Origin: Patescibacteria group bacterium
Lineage (GTDB): Bacteria; Patescibacteriota; Microgenomatia; UBA8517
Direction: 5' to 3'
Assembly (NCBI GenBank): GCA_025999275.1
Contig: AP024680.1
Location: 180,728-244,727 of the forward strand
DNA: 64,000 nucleotides
Position numbers and translations under genes: made by a program. Every line of letters starts with the position of its first letter. Position 1 is the first letter of the stretch. Positions 10,669 to 20,174 of this stretch are shown in pieces. The notes below the pieces were generated by a model. It was not told where the DNA came from. It saw nothing but the letters and a program-made list of their open reading frames with translations, and did not search any database.

Positions 10669-10693
10669 GGTGGGGTTACCCACCGTTTTTTTT
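10669..10693 (+). terminator. Intrinsic terminator hairpin GGTGGG-GTTA-CCCACC plus T8, 9 nt upstream of the nusA ATG (leader attenuator candidate)
   Basis: Perfect 6-bp GC stem with a 4-nt loop, followed by 8 T. It lies downstream of the putative promoter and inside the roughly 48-nt leader. Confidence 0.6.
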
Positions 10694-10701
10694 GAAAGAT
10701 T

Positions 10702-11751
10702 ATGATAAACACAAGATCAGCAAGAACAGAATTTGCTCAAGCAATCAAAGCTATTGCGATGGAAAGGGGTCTTAATCCCGATGTAATTTTAGAAGCAATA
10801 AAACAGGCTATTATTGCTGCCTACCGTCGTGACGCCAGAGAGAGGGGAGAGGAAATCTCCGAAGAAACAGTTGTTGAAGTAGATCTTGATCCTGTAAGCG
10901 GAGAAACAAAAATAGTCAGAGAAGGAAAAGATGTTACCCCTCCAGGATTTGGGAGAATTGCCGCTCAGACTGCCAAGCAAGTTATTCATCAGAAAATAAG
11001 AGAAGCAGAAAAGACTTTGGTAATGGATGAGTTTGAGGGTAAAGTTGGGGGTTTGGTTTCTGGGGTGATTCTTAGATTTGAGGGTGGAAATGTCCGTGTC
11101 GACTTGGGAAAAGCAGAGGCTATTTTGCCTCAAGAAGAAAGAATTCCAAGTGAGAGGTTGACTCAAGGGGAAAGAATGACATTTCTTCTGAAGGAAATTC
11201 GTGAGGGAATAAGAGGTAAGGAGATTATTCTTTCAAGATCAGATCCCCAGTTTGTGGTTAAACTTTTTGCCCGTGAAGTTCCGGAGATTAATTCAAAGAG
11301 TGTAGAGATAAAATCTATAGTCAGAGAACCTGGGGTGAGGACAAAGATGGTTGTGTATTCAAACCAGCCTGGTGTTGATCCAGTTGGCTCTTGCGTTGGA
11401 CAAAAAGGAGTTAGGGTTCAGGCTGTTACCGGTGAACTGGGTGGAGAAAGAGTAGATGTTATTCCTTATAGTGAAGATATGGCAGAAACTATTAAGTATG
11501 CTCTTTCTCCAGCTGAAAACCTTGAAGTTACTCTTGATAATGATAAGAAGGTTGCTTATGTTAAGGCTCCTGAGGATCAGCTTTCTTTGGCAATAGGCCG
11601 GGATGGTCAAAATGCAAGATTGGCTGCAAAATTAACGGGTTGGGGAATTAAGGTTGAATCTATTGTACAGAAAGAAATTAAAGAAGGTAAAAACAAGGAC
11701 GGAGAAGATAATAAAGAAACCAAAAAAGAGAATTCCAATAAGGAAAAATAA
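10702..11751 (+). CDS. nusA: Transcription termination/antitermination factor NusA
   Basis: The N-terminal domain, S1 and two KH domains are recognisable (...GRIAAQTAKQVIHQKIREAE..., GVRTKMVVYSNQPGVDPVGSCVGQKGVRVQAV). Followed by infB. Confidence 0.85.
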   Translation: MINTRSARTEFAQAIKAIAMERGLNPDVILEAIKQAIIAAYRRDARERGEEISEETVVEVDLDPVSGETKIVREGKDVTPPGFGRIAAQTAKQVIHQKIREAEKTLVMDEFEGKVGGLVSGVILRFEGGNVRVDLGKAEAILPQEERIPSERLTQGERMTFLLKEIREGIRGKEIILSRSDPQFVVKLFAREVPEINSKSVEIKSIVREPGVRTKMVVYSNQPGVDPVGSCVGQKGVRVQAVTGELGGERVDVIPYSEDMAETIKYALSPAENLEVTLDNDKKVAYVKAPEDQLSLAIGRDGQNARLAAKLTGWGIKVESIVQKEIKEGKNKDGEDNKETKKENSNKEK

Positions 11752-11781
11752 TGGGAAGCCTTCTTGTTTTTCTATATAAAC

Positions 11782-13206
11782 ATGGAAAGTTTGAAAAAAG
11801 ATCTAAAAAGACCACCTGTTGTGACAGTTTTGGGTCATGTTGACCATGGCAAAACTACCCTTCTTGATGCAATAAGAAATACTAATGTTCAAAGTAGGGA
11901 AGCGGGTGGAATAACTCAAAGAATTGGCGCTTCGGTAGTAAAGACAAAAAATGGAGAAGATATAGTTTTCATTGACACTCCAGGACATTCTGCTTTTTCT
12001 AAAATGCGCTCTTGTGGGGTTAATGCTTGTGATTTGGCAGTTTTGGTAGTTGCTGCTGATGACGGGGTAAAACCCCAAACAAAAGAGTCTATTGATTATA
12101 TCAAAGAAGCCAATATTCCATTTTTAGTTGCTTTTACAAAGATTGATCTGCCGACCGCAAAAGTTGACTTGGCCAAAAAAGAGTTGTCAGAGGTGGGGGT
12201 CTTTCTTGAAGGTTTAGGAGGGGATGTTCCTTTTGTAGAAGTTTCAGCAAAGAAGAAAGTTGGAATAGAAGAACTTTTAGAATTAATCTTACTTTTATCA
12301 TACATCAACAATATAGGAGCTTTATCTGAAAATAAGCTTAAAGCAGTGGTTATTGAGACCGCCAAGGGTAAGGCTGGTCCTACCGTCTCGGTAATTGTAA
12401 AAGAGGGAGTTTTGAAGGCAAAGCAGGAAATTTATTTTGGGAATAAGAAGGTTAAGGTTAGAGGTCTTGTGGATGCGTTTGGTAAGTCGACAGAGAGGGT
12501 CCTTCCGGGTTATCCGGCTCTAATTTTGGGTTTTGAGGAATTGCCTCCGGTGGGAACTGTACTGACTGAAGAGCCGACAAGAGAATATTTACAAGGTGAG
12601 CCTGTTAGAAATTTTGAAAATGATGAAGCAAAAGTTTCTTTGATTGTTAAAGCAGAGTCTCAAGGTTTATTGGAAGCGATTATCTCAGGGATTACCAAGG
12701 GTGTAAACTTGATTGATTTTGGTGTTGGTGAGGTTACTAAGAATGATGTTTTAATGGCCAAAAGTACTAACTCTTTTATTTTTTCTTTTGGTATCAAGGT
12801 TCCTTCTGAGATTAAAAAATTGGCAGAATCAGAGGGGGTAAGGATTGAAGAATTTGATATTATTTACAGATTGTTTGAAAGACTGGAAGAGTTGGTTTCT
12901 GGTCTTGAGGAAAAGGAAATTGCCAAAGCTGAAATATTGACAGAATTTCCTTTTGATGGCAAGAGGGTTGCAGGGTGCCGGATGGTCTTTGGTGAGATAG
13001 GTATTAAAGATAAACTAATTCTTAAGAGGGGTGACCAAGTGTTGGGGGAAGTTAAGATATCTTCGCTTAAGAAACAAAAACAACCAGTTGACAAAGTTGG
13101 GCAGGGAGAGGAGTTTGGGATTCTTTTTTATCCACAACTTGATTTTAAGCCATCTGATGTGCTAGTATTGACAAACAAATCTGCCGGGCAAATTGATGGA
13201 AAATAA
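11782..13206 (+). CDS. infB: Translation initiation factor IF-2, minimal form lacking the long N-terminal region
   Basis: G-domain [18 protein letters not shown] and DTPGH motifs, with the C-terminal beta-barrel domains. ATG at 11782; the track begins at a TTG at 11764. Confidence 0.85.
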   Translation: MESLKKDLKRPPVVTVLGHVDHGKTTLLDAIRNTNVQSREAGGITQRIGASVVKTKNGEDIVFIDTPGHSAFSKMRSCGVNACDLAVLVVAADDGVKPQTKESIDYIKEANIPFLVAFTKIDLPTAKVDLAKKELSEVGVFLEGLGGDVPFVEVSAKKKVGIEELLELILLLSYINNIGALSENKLKAVVIETAKGKAGPTVSVIVKEGVLKAKQEIYFGNKKVKVRGLVDAFGKSTERVLPGYPALILGFEELPPVGTVLTEEPTREYLQGEPVRNFENDEAKVSLIVKAESQGLLEAIISGITKGVNLIDFGVGEVTKNDVLMAKSTNSFIFSFGIKVPSEIKKLAESEGVRIEEFDIIYRLFERLEELVSGLEEKEIAKAEILTEFPFDGKRVAGCRMVFGEIGIKDKLILKRGDQVLGEVKISSLKKQKQPVDKVGQGEEFGILFYPQLDFKPSDVLVLTNKSAGQIDGK

Positions 13207-14071
13207 TTTCAGTTCCTATCTTGATTCTTCCAAGTCAGTTTTAATTGTCTTACCCAAGAAACCCTACTTTGATCAAGTGGCGGCTGGACTTTCTCTTTAT
13301 CTTTCTTTGGTTGATAAAAAGGAGGTAAATATAATTTGCCCCAACCCGATGTTGGTGGAGTTTAATCGTTTAGTTGGTGTTGACAAGGTAACTCAGGAGG
13401 TTCCAAATAAAAATTTGATTATTAAGATCGAAGGTTATAAGGCCGATGATGTTGAGAGAGTGAGTTCTGAAGTTAAAAATGGGGAGCTTTACCTTATTGT
13501 TATTCCACAAAGTGGCGCAAAGCCTCCCAAGAAAGAACAGGTTGTCGTTTCTGATGCGGGGATTTCGTCTGATTTAGTGATTTTAGTAGGTGGAGCTGAT
13601 GTGAGTCATTTCCCAATTCTTTCAGAGGGAAAGGTATCGGGTTTGCCTGTTTTTCATATAGGTACAAGGCCACTTGCAGGAGTTGAAAATTTGGATATTA
13701 TTTCTTTGGTAAAACAATCTTCTTCTGTTTCAGAGATAGTAGCTGATTTAATTAAAGAAATGCAGCTTGAGGTGGATGCTGATATTGCTTCTAATTTAAT
13801 TTCTGGAATCGAGATTGGTAGCAATCACTATACTACCGATGGAGTTTCAGCCAACACATTTCAACTTATTGCAGATTTAATGAGGCTTGGGGGCCAAAGG
13901 TTTCCTCAGTTGCCGAAGAAGGATTACCCGCAGGGGGCAATTCCTACTGTTAAACCTTTCTCTCAACAAGAGCAAGTCGAAATTCCCAAGACTCAAAGTC
14001 AGTCTCAAGAAGAAAATCCCCCGCAGGATTGGCTGGCTCCCAAGATTTTTAAAAGTACGCAAATAAGTTAA
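13196..14071 (+). CDS. Hypothetical protein; possibly a degenerate DHH-family (NrnA-like) phosphoesterase homolog
   Basis: It occupies the operon slot where rbfA, truB or nrnA usually sit. Weak resemblance to the NrnA N-terminus (VLIVLPKKPYFDQVAAGLSLYLSL versus TIILHRHVRPDPDAYGS) without the catalytic DHH or GGGH motifs. Low-complexity Q/P-rich C-terminus. Confidence 0.3.
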   Translation: MENNFSSYLDSSKSVLIVLPKKPYFDQVAAGLSLYLSLVDKKEVNIICPNPMLVEFNRLVGVDKVTQEVPNKNLIIKIEGYKADDVERVSSEVKNGELYLIVIPQSGAKPPKKEQVVVSDAGISSDLVILVGGADVSHFPILSEGKVSGLPVFHIGTRPLAGVENLDIISLVKQSSSVSEIVADLIKEMQLEVDADIASNLISGIEIGSNHYTTDGVSANTFQLIADLMRLGGQRFPQLPKKDYPQGAIPTVKPFSQQEQVEIPKTQSQSQEENPPQDWLAPKIFKSTQIS

Positions 14072-14164
14072 TTGGGGGTTGTTTTTATTTTTTTTCCTGA
14101 TAAAATAAGCAAGATGTAGTCAAGGTTTACCTTTTGTTTAAGGTTTACTTTGATTAACACGACG

Positions 14165-14476
14165 ATGGCTTTAACGCACGAGGAAAAACAAGAAATAATT
14201 AAGAAATTTGCCCGTGAGAAAGGGGATACAGGTTCTCCTGAGGTTCAAGTTGCTCTTCTTTCTTTTCAGATAGAAAAGCTAGCCCATCACCTTAAAGAAC
14301 ATAAAAAAGATGTTCATTCAAGACGAGGTCTTTTGTCAATGATTGCCAAAAGACGACGTCTTTTAAACTATCTTAAAAAGCATGACATTAGTCGTTATAA
14401 TGCTTTGGTTGAGAAGTTAGATCTAGGTAAGAAAGAAATAGATGAAAAAGATTCAAAAGATAAAAAAGGAAATTGA
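14165..14476 (+). CDS. rpsO: 30S ribosomal protein S15 with a Lys/Asp-rich C-terminal extension
   Basis: [57 protein letters not shown] is a strong S15 signature. ATG at 14165. Confidence 0.9.
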   Translation: MALTHEEKQEIIKKFAREKGDTGSPEVQVALLSFQIEKLAHHLKEHKKDVHSRRGLLSMIAKRRRLLNYLKKHDISRYNALVEKLDLGKKEIDEKDSKDKKGN

Positions 14477-16664
14477 TTTTGGTGGTAAGAAATTAGTCCT
14501 TACTTCTGGAAATATTGCCTTTCAAGCAACTGGTGCTGTAATGGCTCAATATGGTGAAACTGTGGTTTTGGCTGCGGTTGTATCTTCACCTTTGAAGGAA
14601 GATTTAGGTTATTTTCCTCTTTCGGTGGAATATCAAGAAAGACTTTATGCCGGAGGAAGGATTAAAGGTAGCCGGTGGGTAAAAAGAGAAGGTAGGCCTT
14701 CAGATGAAGAGATATTAACAGGAAGATTAATTGACAGAAGTATTAGACCACTCTTCCCTAAAGAATATTCTAATAACGAAGTTCAAGTGACAATAACAGT
14801 GCTTTCTGTTGATATGGAAAATAGTCCTGATATTGTTTCTGCTATTGCCACGTCAGCTGCTTTGGCAGCATCAGGAATTCCTTGGCTTGGTCCTGTAGCT
14901 GTTTCAAGAGTGGGTTTTAAGGATGGCAAGTTTATTATTAACCCACTTCAATCTGAGCAGGAAAATTCTGATTTAGACTTGGTTGTTTCTACTACTAAGG
15001 ATTCGGTGATAATGATTGAAGCTGGGGCTAAACAGGTTAGTGAGGAAAAGATTCTTGAGGGAATAGAGTTTGCTCAGGAAGAAGGGAAAAAGCTTATTGA
15101 TTTTATTTCTGAGTTTGCTCAAGAAGTTAACCCTAATGGCCAAATTAAAGTAGAAAAGCAAAAAAATAAGTCCTTGCTTGAGAAAATTGATAAGGAGGAA
15201 GGAAAACAAATAGAGGAATTATTGGTTAAAATGGCCAAAAAAGAAATAGGTTATGGAGAAGTTGATGAGTACAAGTTTTCTTTAGCCGAAAAGTTTTCCG
15301 AGGAAGATAAAAAAGAGGTTTTTGCTTGTTTTGATGAACTTACTTCTTTAAAGTTTCGCAAGATGGTTCTTTCTGGCAAGCGCCCTGATGGAAGAAAATT
15401 AGATGAAATAAGGGAGCTTTCAATTGAAGTTGGAGTTTTGCCAAGAACTCACGGTTCAGCTATTTTTAAAAGGGGCCATACTCAAGTTTTATCAATTACT
15501 ACTCTTGGTTCTCCGTCTCTTGAGCAATTGATAGAGACAGCAGAGGGTGAGGAGTCAAAGCGTTATATGCACCACTACAGTATGCCTCCTTACTCAAGCG
15601 GTGAAACTGGAAGAGTAGGTTTCCCTTCAAGGCGAGAAATTGGTCATGGGGCGCTTGCTGAGCGAGCTTTATTGCCTGTAATTCCTCCTGAAGATGAGTT
15701 TCCTTATACCATAAGAGTTGTTTCTGAAGTTCTGTCTTCAAATGGTTCAACATCTATGGCTTCAACTTGCGGTTCAACTCTTTCCTTGATGGATGCTGGA
15801 GTACCAATTAGCGATCCAGTTGGCGGTATTGCTATGGGAGTAATAGTTGAAAGTGATAAAAAATTTGCTGTTCTGACAGATATTGCTGGAATTGAAGACG
15901 GTGCTGGAGATATGGACTTTAAAGTTGCTGGAACCAAAAGTGGTATAACCGCCTTGCAACTTGATGTAAAGACGCTAAAACTAACTACCCATATTTTGTC
16001 TGAAGCTCTAAAACAAGCAAAGAAAGCAAGACTTGAGATACTAGATGCTATGCTTAAAGTTATAGATAAGCCAAGAGAGTCTCTTTCTGTTTACGCACCT
16101 AAGATTAAGAGTTTCAAGATTCCTCAAGATAAGATTGGAGAATTGATTGGTCCTGGTGGAAGAGTTATAAGATCTTTAATAGCTCAGACTGGTGCTCAGA
16201 TTGAGGTTGAGGATGATGGAACAGTTAGTATTACAGGTGCTACCGATGAGTCTTTGCAGGAAGCAGTTAGTAGAGTTGAACAGTTGGTCAAGGAAGTGAA
16301 GGCAGATGAGGTTTACGAGGGGATAGTAAAAAGAATTGAGCCTTTTGGTGCTTTTATTGAGATTTTGCCTGGCAAGGAAGGAATGGTGCATGTTTCTGAT
16401 ATGAGTGTTGATTATGTTCGTGACCCCCATGATTTTTTGAAATTAGGGGACAAGGTTCAAGTAAGGGTCAAAGGTGTTGATGATTTGGGTAGAATCAACC
16501 TCTCAATGATTCTTGATAAGACAAAAGAAAAACAGCCTGGTCAGAATAGAGATAGTTATAGTCGCAATCGAAAGTCGGATAATTTTAGGCGGCAAAAAGG
16601 TTCGTCTGGTCCACATTTTCCTACCAGTCGTCTTCTTGATGGTTTTGAAAAGAAAAGATATTAA
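14442..16664 (+). CDS. pnp: Polyribonucleotide nucleotidyltransferase (PNPase) with a basic C-terminal tail
   Basis: Two RNase PH-like domains, a KH domain ([10 protein letters not shown]) and an S1 domain ([26 protein letters not shown]). Its start overlaps the rpsO 3' end by 35 nt. Confidence 0.9.
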   Translation: MKKIQKIKKEIDFGGKKLVLTSGNIAFQATGAVMAQYGETVVLAAVVSSPLKEDLGYFPLSVEYQERLYAGGRIKGSRWVKREGRPSDEEILTGRLIDRSIRPLFPKEYSNNEVQVTITVLSVDMENSPDIVSAIATSAALAASGIPWLGPVAVSRVGFKDGKFIINPLQSEQENSDLDLVVSTTKDSVIMIEAGAKQVSEEKILEGIEFAQEEGKKLIDFISEFAQEVNPNGQIKVEKQKNKSLLEKIDKEEGKQIEELLVKMAKKEIGYGEVDEYKFSLAEKFSEEDKKEVFACFDELTSLKFRKMVLSGKRPDGRKLDEIRELSIEVGVLPRTHGSAIFKRGHTQVLSITTLGSPSLEQLIETAEGEESKRYMHHYSMPPYSSGETGRVGFPSRREIGHGALAERALLPVIPPEDEFPYTIRVVSEVLSSNGSTSMASTCGSTLSLMDAGVPISDPVGGIAMGVIVESDKKFAVLTDIAGIEDGAGDMDFKVAGTKSGITALQLDVKTLKLTTHILSEALKQAKKARLEILDAMLKVIDKPRESLSVYAPKIKSFKIPQDKIGELIGPGGRVIRSLIAQTGAQIEVEDDGTVSITGATDESLQEAVSRVEQLVKEVKADEVYEGIVKRIEPFGAFIEILPGKEGMVHVSDMSVDYVRDPHDFLKLGDKVQVRVKGVDDLGRINLSMILDKTKEKQPGQNRDSYSRNRKSDNFRRQKGSSGPHFPTSRLLDGFEKKRY

Positions 16665-16695
16665 ATCTTCGTCTTTATAGTGTTATTATAATCTT

Positions 16696-17844
16696 ATGGA
16701 TTTTTCTACTGCCAAGCTAGACGAGGCAAAGTTGAATCAGGTTACACCCTCTGGTAACAATATTGATGATGCCAATAATATTGGTGATGATGATTCGTTG
16801 TTGATTACTGATGGTGAGCTTCTAAGACTCAAGAATTTAATTGACTCATCATCGGCCCCTTCAGAATTAAAAGTTAGGATCAAAATAAGACTTAATCAGT
16901 TAAACAAATTGATTAATTCATCTTCTTATCTTGATGAATACGATAGAATTGCCCGTTACATAGATTGGGTAACCAAGGTGCCTTGGAATAAAACTACAGA
17001 GGATATATTAGATCTTGATTGGGCAAAGAAGGTTTTAGACAGTCATCATTATGGTCTTGAAGAGATTAAAAATAGAATTCTTGAATATATTTCTGTGATG
17101 AAGCTAAAAGCTCAAAAAGGCGAAAAAGAAGAAGTTCTAAAAGCGCCGACGCTATTTTTTGTTGGGTTGGTTGGTACTGGTAAAACTACGATTGCCCCCT
17201 CAATTGCTGAGGCCTTGGGTAGGAAATTTGCCAGAATTCCTTTTGGGGGAATGGGGGATCCGTTTGATTTGCGAGGACAATCAAGGCTACATATTGAATC
17301 AGAACCTGGAAAAATTGTTAAGGCTTTAATATCAGTTCAGAGCATGAACCCTGTGATTTTGCTTGATGAAATAGACAGGGTGACAGAAGAAGGTAGAAGC
17401 TCTATTATGGGTGTTTTGGTTGAGCTTCTTGATCCTAAGCAAAATTTTGCTTTTGTTGACCACTATATTGATTATCCTATTGATCTTTCACAAGTTCTAT
17501 TTATAGCTACAGCCAATAATACTCACAATATTGCAACAGCCGTTATGGACAGGCTCGAACCTATTAGTATGCCTTCTTATAGTGATGCTGAAAAGATAGT
17601 TATCGCAACAAAATATGTTTTACCTGAGAAATTGAAAGCTGCAGGCATTCCTGATGGTGCGATTGTTATAGACGAGGGTGTTTGGCCGGCTGTGGTTAGG
17701 CCTCTTGGCTATGATGCTGGAATTAGAACTCTTGAAAGAACCATTGATGGCTTAGTAAGGAAGGTTGCAAGGATGATGGTTGAAGGTAAGGTGTCTTCGG
17801 TTAGGATAACTACCCAGAATATGAAGGAGTTCTTGCCTCAATAA
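16696..17844 (+). CDS. Lon-like AAA+ ATPase module with no LAN N-domain and no S16 protease domain
   Basis: Motifs are collinear with Lon: DSHHYGLEEIKNRILEYISV, Walker A GLVGTGKTT, Walker B ILLDEIDRV, sensor-1 FIATANN, then MDRLEPISMPSYSDAEKIVIATKYVLPEK and GIRTLERTIDGLVRKV. The ORF ends about 30 aa later. Confidence 0.7.
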   Translation: MDFSTAKLDEAKLNQVTPSGNNIDDANNIGDDDSLLITDGELLRLKNLIDSSSAPSELKVRIKIRLNQLNKLINSSSYLDEYDRIARYIDWVTKVPWNKTTEDILDLDWAKKVLDSHHYGLEEIKNRILEYISVMKLKAQKGEKEEVLKAPTLFFVGLVGTGKTTIAPSIAEALGRKFARIPFGGMGDPFDLRGQSRLHIESEPGKIVKALISVQSMNPVILLDEIDRVTEEGRSSIMGVLVELLDPKQNFAFVDHYIDYPIDLSQVLFIATANNTHNIATAVMDRLEPISMPSYSDAEKIVIATKYVLPEKLKAAGIPDGAIVIDEGVWPAVVRPLGYDAGIRTLERTIDGLVRKVARMMVEGKVSSVRITTQNMKEFLPQ

Positions 17845-17845
17845 G

Positions 17846-18472
17846 ATGGATAAAAAAGAAATATTAGAAGAATTAAAAAGAAAAGCTTTAGAGGATAATA
17901 GCTTGCCTCTAAAAAATAATACTACCAATCTTGTCTTTGGTGTGGGTAATCCTGAGGCTCAAATTATTTTTATAGGAGAAGGCCCGGGTTATTGGGAAAA
18001 TTTAAAATCAGAACCTTTTGTTGGCCCTGCAGGTAAGCTTTTGGATAAACTCTTGAGCCTTATAAATATTAAGCGCGAAGACGTTTTTATAACCAATGTG
18101 GTTATGCATCGACCTCCTGATAACCGCGATCCCACACCTGAAGAAATAGCTGCCTATCAGCCTTATTTAGACAACATTATTAAGATTATTTCTCCAAGAG
18201 TAATTGTTACTTTGGGTAGATTTTCTATGGGTAAATTTTTACCCACAGCCACTATTAGCAAAGTACACGGAAAGCCATCTAGGTTAACGTGGGATGGTTT
18301 GGATTTGTTGGTTGTGCCGATGTATCATCCTGCTGCTGCTTTAAGAAGTAATGATATTATGATAAAGTTACGTGAGGACTTTCTTAAATTACCAAAAATT
18401 TTGGAAAGCCTAGAAGAAAAAAGAGATCTTGTTTTAAAAAAGGAGGATAAAGAGCAAATGGCTCTTTTTTGA
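17846..18472 (+). CDS. Uracil-DNA glycosylase superfamily protein, family-4-like, with no Fe-S cysteines
   Basis: GEGPGYWENLKSEPFVGPAGKLLDKLL matches the family-4 UDG motif GE[AG]PG...PFxGxAGxLL. C-terminal HPAAAL. No Cys residues. Confidence 0.7.
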   Translation: MDKKEILEELKRKALEDNSLPLKNNTTNLVFGVGNPEAQIIFIGEGPGYWENLKSEPFVGPAGKLLDKLLSLINIKREDVFITNVVMHRPPDNRDPTPEEIAAYQPYLDNIIKIISPRVIVTLGRFSMGKFLPTATISKVHGKPSRLTWDGLDLLVVPMYHPAAALRSNDIMIKLREDFLKLPKILESLEEKRDLVLKKEDKEQMALF

Positions 18473-20127
18473 TTATGGTTCGCTTTATTGCATTATCAGG
18501 TACAACTGAGGTTACTGAAAATCTTTACGTTTATGAGTCAAGTAATGATCTTATTATTGTTGACTGTGGAGTTGGTTTTCCAGAACCAGAGATGTTTGGG
18601 GTTGATTTAGTTATTCCTGATTTTGATTACATTAGGAAGAATAGATCAAAGTTAAGAGGAGTTTTGATTACCCATGGTCACGAAGATCATATAGGAGCTC
18701 TACCCTTTTTGCTTTCTGAAATTAAAGCACCAGTTTTTTCAACCAGGCTGGTTGCAGGTTTTATAGAAGAAAAATTGAGAGATTATAATTTTAATCTTAA
18801 AGATTTTGATATAAGGGTTTTTGATCCAGATAAAGACACCATTTCTTTGGGGGTTTTTAAAATTACGCCTTTTAGGATTTCCCATTCGGTTCCGGACGGG
18901 GTTGGGTTTGCTATCGACACCCCGGAGGGAAAGATTTTCCATGTTGCTGACTATAAATTTGATTGGACTCCGGTTGATGGTCGGCCTTTTGATATTGCAA
19001 AGTTAGCAATGCTTGCTTCAGGTGGGGCTTTAGCAGCTGTCTCAGACTGTCTTGGTTCTAATACTCCTGGTTATACTGAGAGCGAGAAGGGAATAGAGGA
19101 AAGAATTGAAAAAATAGTTGTTGGCAAAAAAGGTAGGGTCTTCTTTACTACTATTTCCTCAAATATTTCTCGTATCCAGCAGGCAATCAATGTTGCTTCA
19201 AGAGTGGGTAGGAAAGTAGCAATTGTTGGCAGATCAATTGATTCAAAAGCGAAAATATCACAGAGTTTGGGCTACCTAAATTTGCCAGATAGCTTGGTTG
19301 TTGATCCCAAGAGGTTGATTAATTTTGATAAAGATAAAGTTATGTTTATAATCTCAGGCAGTTATGGTCAGCCAGGCAGTGCTTTATATAGAACTGCTTT
19401 GGGGGAGCATGATTTCTTGAGTATAGAAGAGAGTGATGTGGTCATTTTTTCTTCTGATCCTGCTCCACCGGGTTCGAAGGGGAATGTTGATTTTTTGGTA
19501 GATAAATTAATTGAATTGGGGGCTGAGGTGCATTACTATGATATTCAGGAAGACCTTCATGTATCAGGTCATGCAAGTCAAGAAGACATTAAACTTTTGC
19601 TTTCTGTGACTAAACCTAAGTATGCAATACCCATAGGAGGGACAATAAGACATATGAGGGCTTTTACCAATTTGGCTGAGAGTATGGGAATAAAAAGAGA
19701 AAATGTATTTGAGCTTAAAAATGGTGAATCTGTTAACTTTAGGTCTGATTTTGCTCAAAAAGGAGAAAAAATTGATGTTAAGAGCGTTTTGGTTGATGGA
19801 TTGGGGGTTGGTGATGTTGGACAAGTAGTCTTACGAGATAGAAATTTGTTGGCTAAGGAAGGTGTAGCTATAGTTCTTCTTCAATTTGATGATGCTTTGG
19901 GTAAGCTGGTTTCTACGCCTGAAATAATTAGTCGTGGTTTTGTTTTTGATAGAAAGAGCCGTGATTTTCTGGAAAGATCAGCTAAAAAATTAGACAATTT
20001 TTTGAAGAAAAAGAAGGGTTTGGATAGGAGAATGGTCAAAAGTCTTGCTGCTGATTTTTTGGAACACTACTTTTATAAAGAGACTGGCAGAAGACCAATG
20101 GTTTTACCCGTGGTTGCTGAGATTTAA
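18469..20127 (+). CDS. rnj: Ribonuclease J (metallo-beta-lactamase/beta-CASP)
   Basis: HGHEDHIGALP motif, beta-CASP region and a C-terminal domain. About 550 aa. TTG at 18469; first ATG at 18475. Confidence 0.85.
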   Translation: MIMVRFIALSGTTEVTENLYVYESSNDLIIVDCGVGFPEPEMFGVDLVIPDFDYIRKNRSKLRGVLITHGHEDHIGALPFLLSEIKAPVFSTRLVAGFIEEKLRDYNFNLKDFDIRVFDPDKDTISLGVFKITPFRISHSVPDGVGFAIDTPEGKIFHVADYKFDWTPVDGRPFDIAKLAMLASGGALAAVSDCLGSNTPGYTESEKGIEERIEKIVVGKKGRVFFTTISSNISRIQQAINVASRVGRKVAIVGRSIDSKAKISQSLGYLNLPDSLVVDPKRLINFDKDKVMFIISGSYGQPGSALYRTALGEHDFLSIEESDVVIFSSDPAPPGSKGNVDFLVDKLIELGAEVHYYDIQEDLHVSGHASQEDIKLLLSVTKPKYAIPIGGTIRHMRAFTNLAESMGIKRENVFELKNGESVNFRSDFAQKGEKIDVKSVLVDGLGVGDVGQVVLRDRNLLAKEGVAIVLLQFDDALGKLVSTPEIISRGFVFDRKSRDFLERSAKKLDNFLKKKKGLDRRMVKSLAADFLEHYFYKETGRRPMVLPVVAEI

Positions 20128-20174
20128 TTCGCTTTATTGTAGTTTATAGTAACTTCAACTGGTATAATTTATCT

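Noticed and set aside
10454-10701. Origin of replication (DnaA boxes) in the repeat-rich nusA upstream region
   Set aside because: No TTATCCACA-like 9-mers and no adjacent dnaA/dnaN. The repeats are TTGACT and TTAAC-core units, more consistent with promoter architecture.
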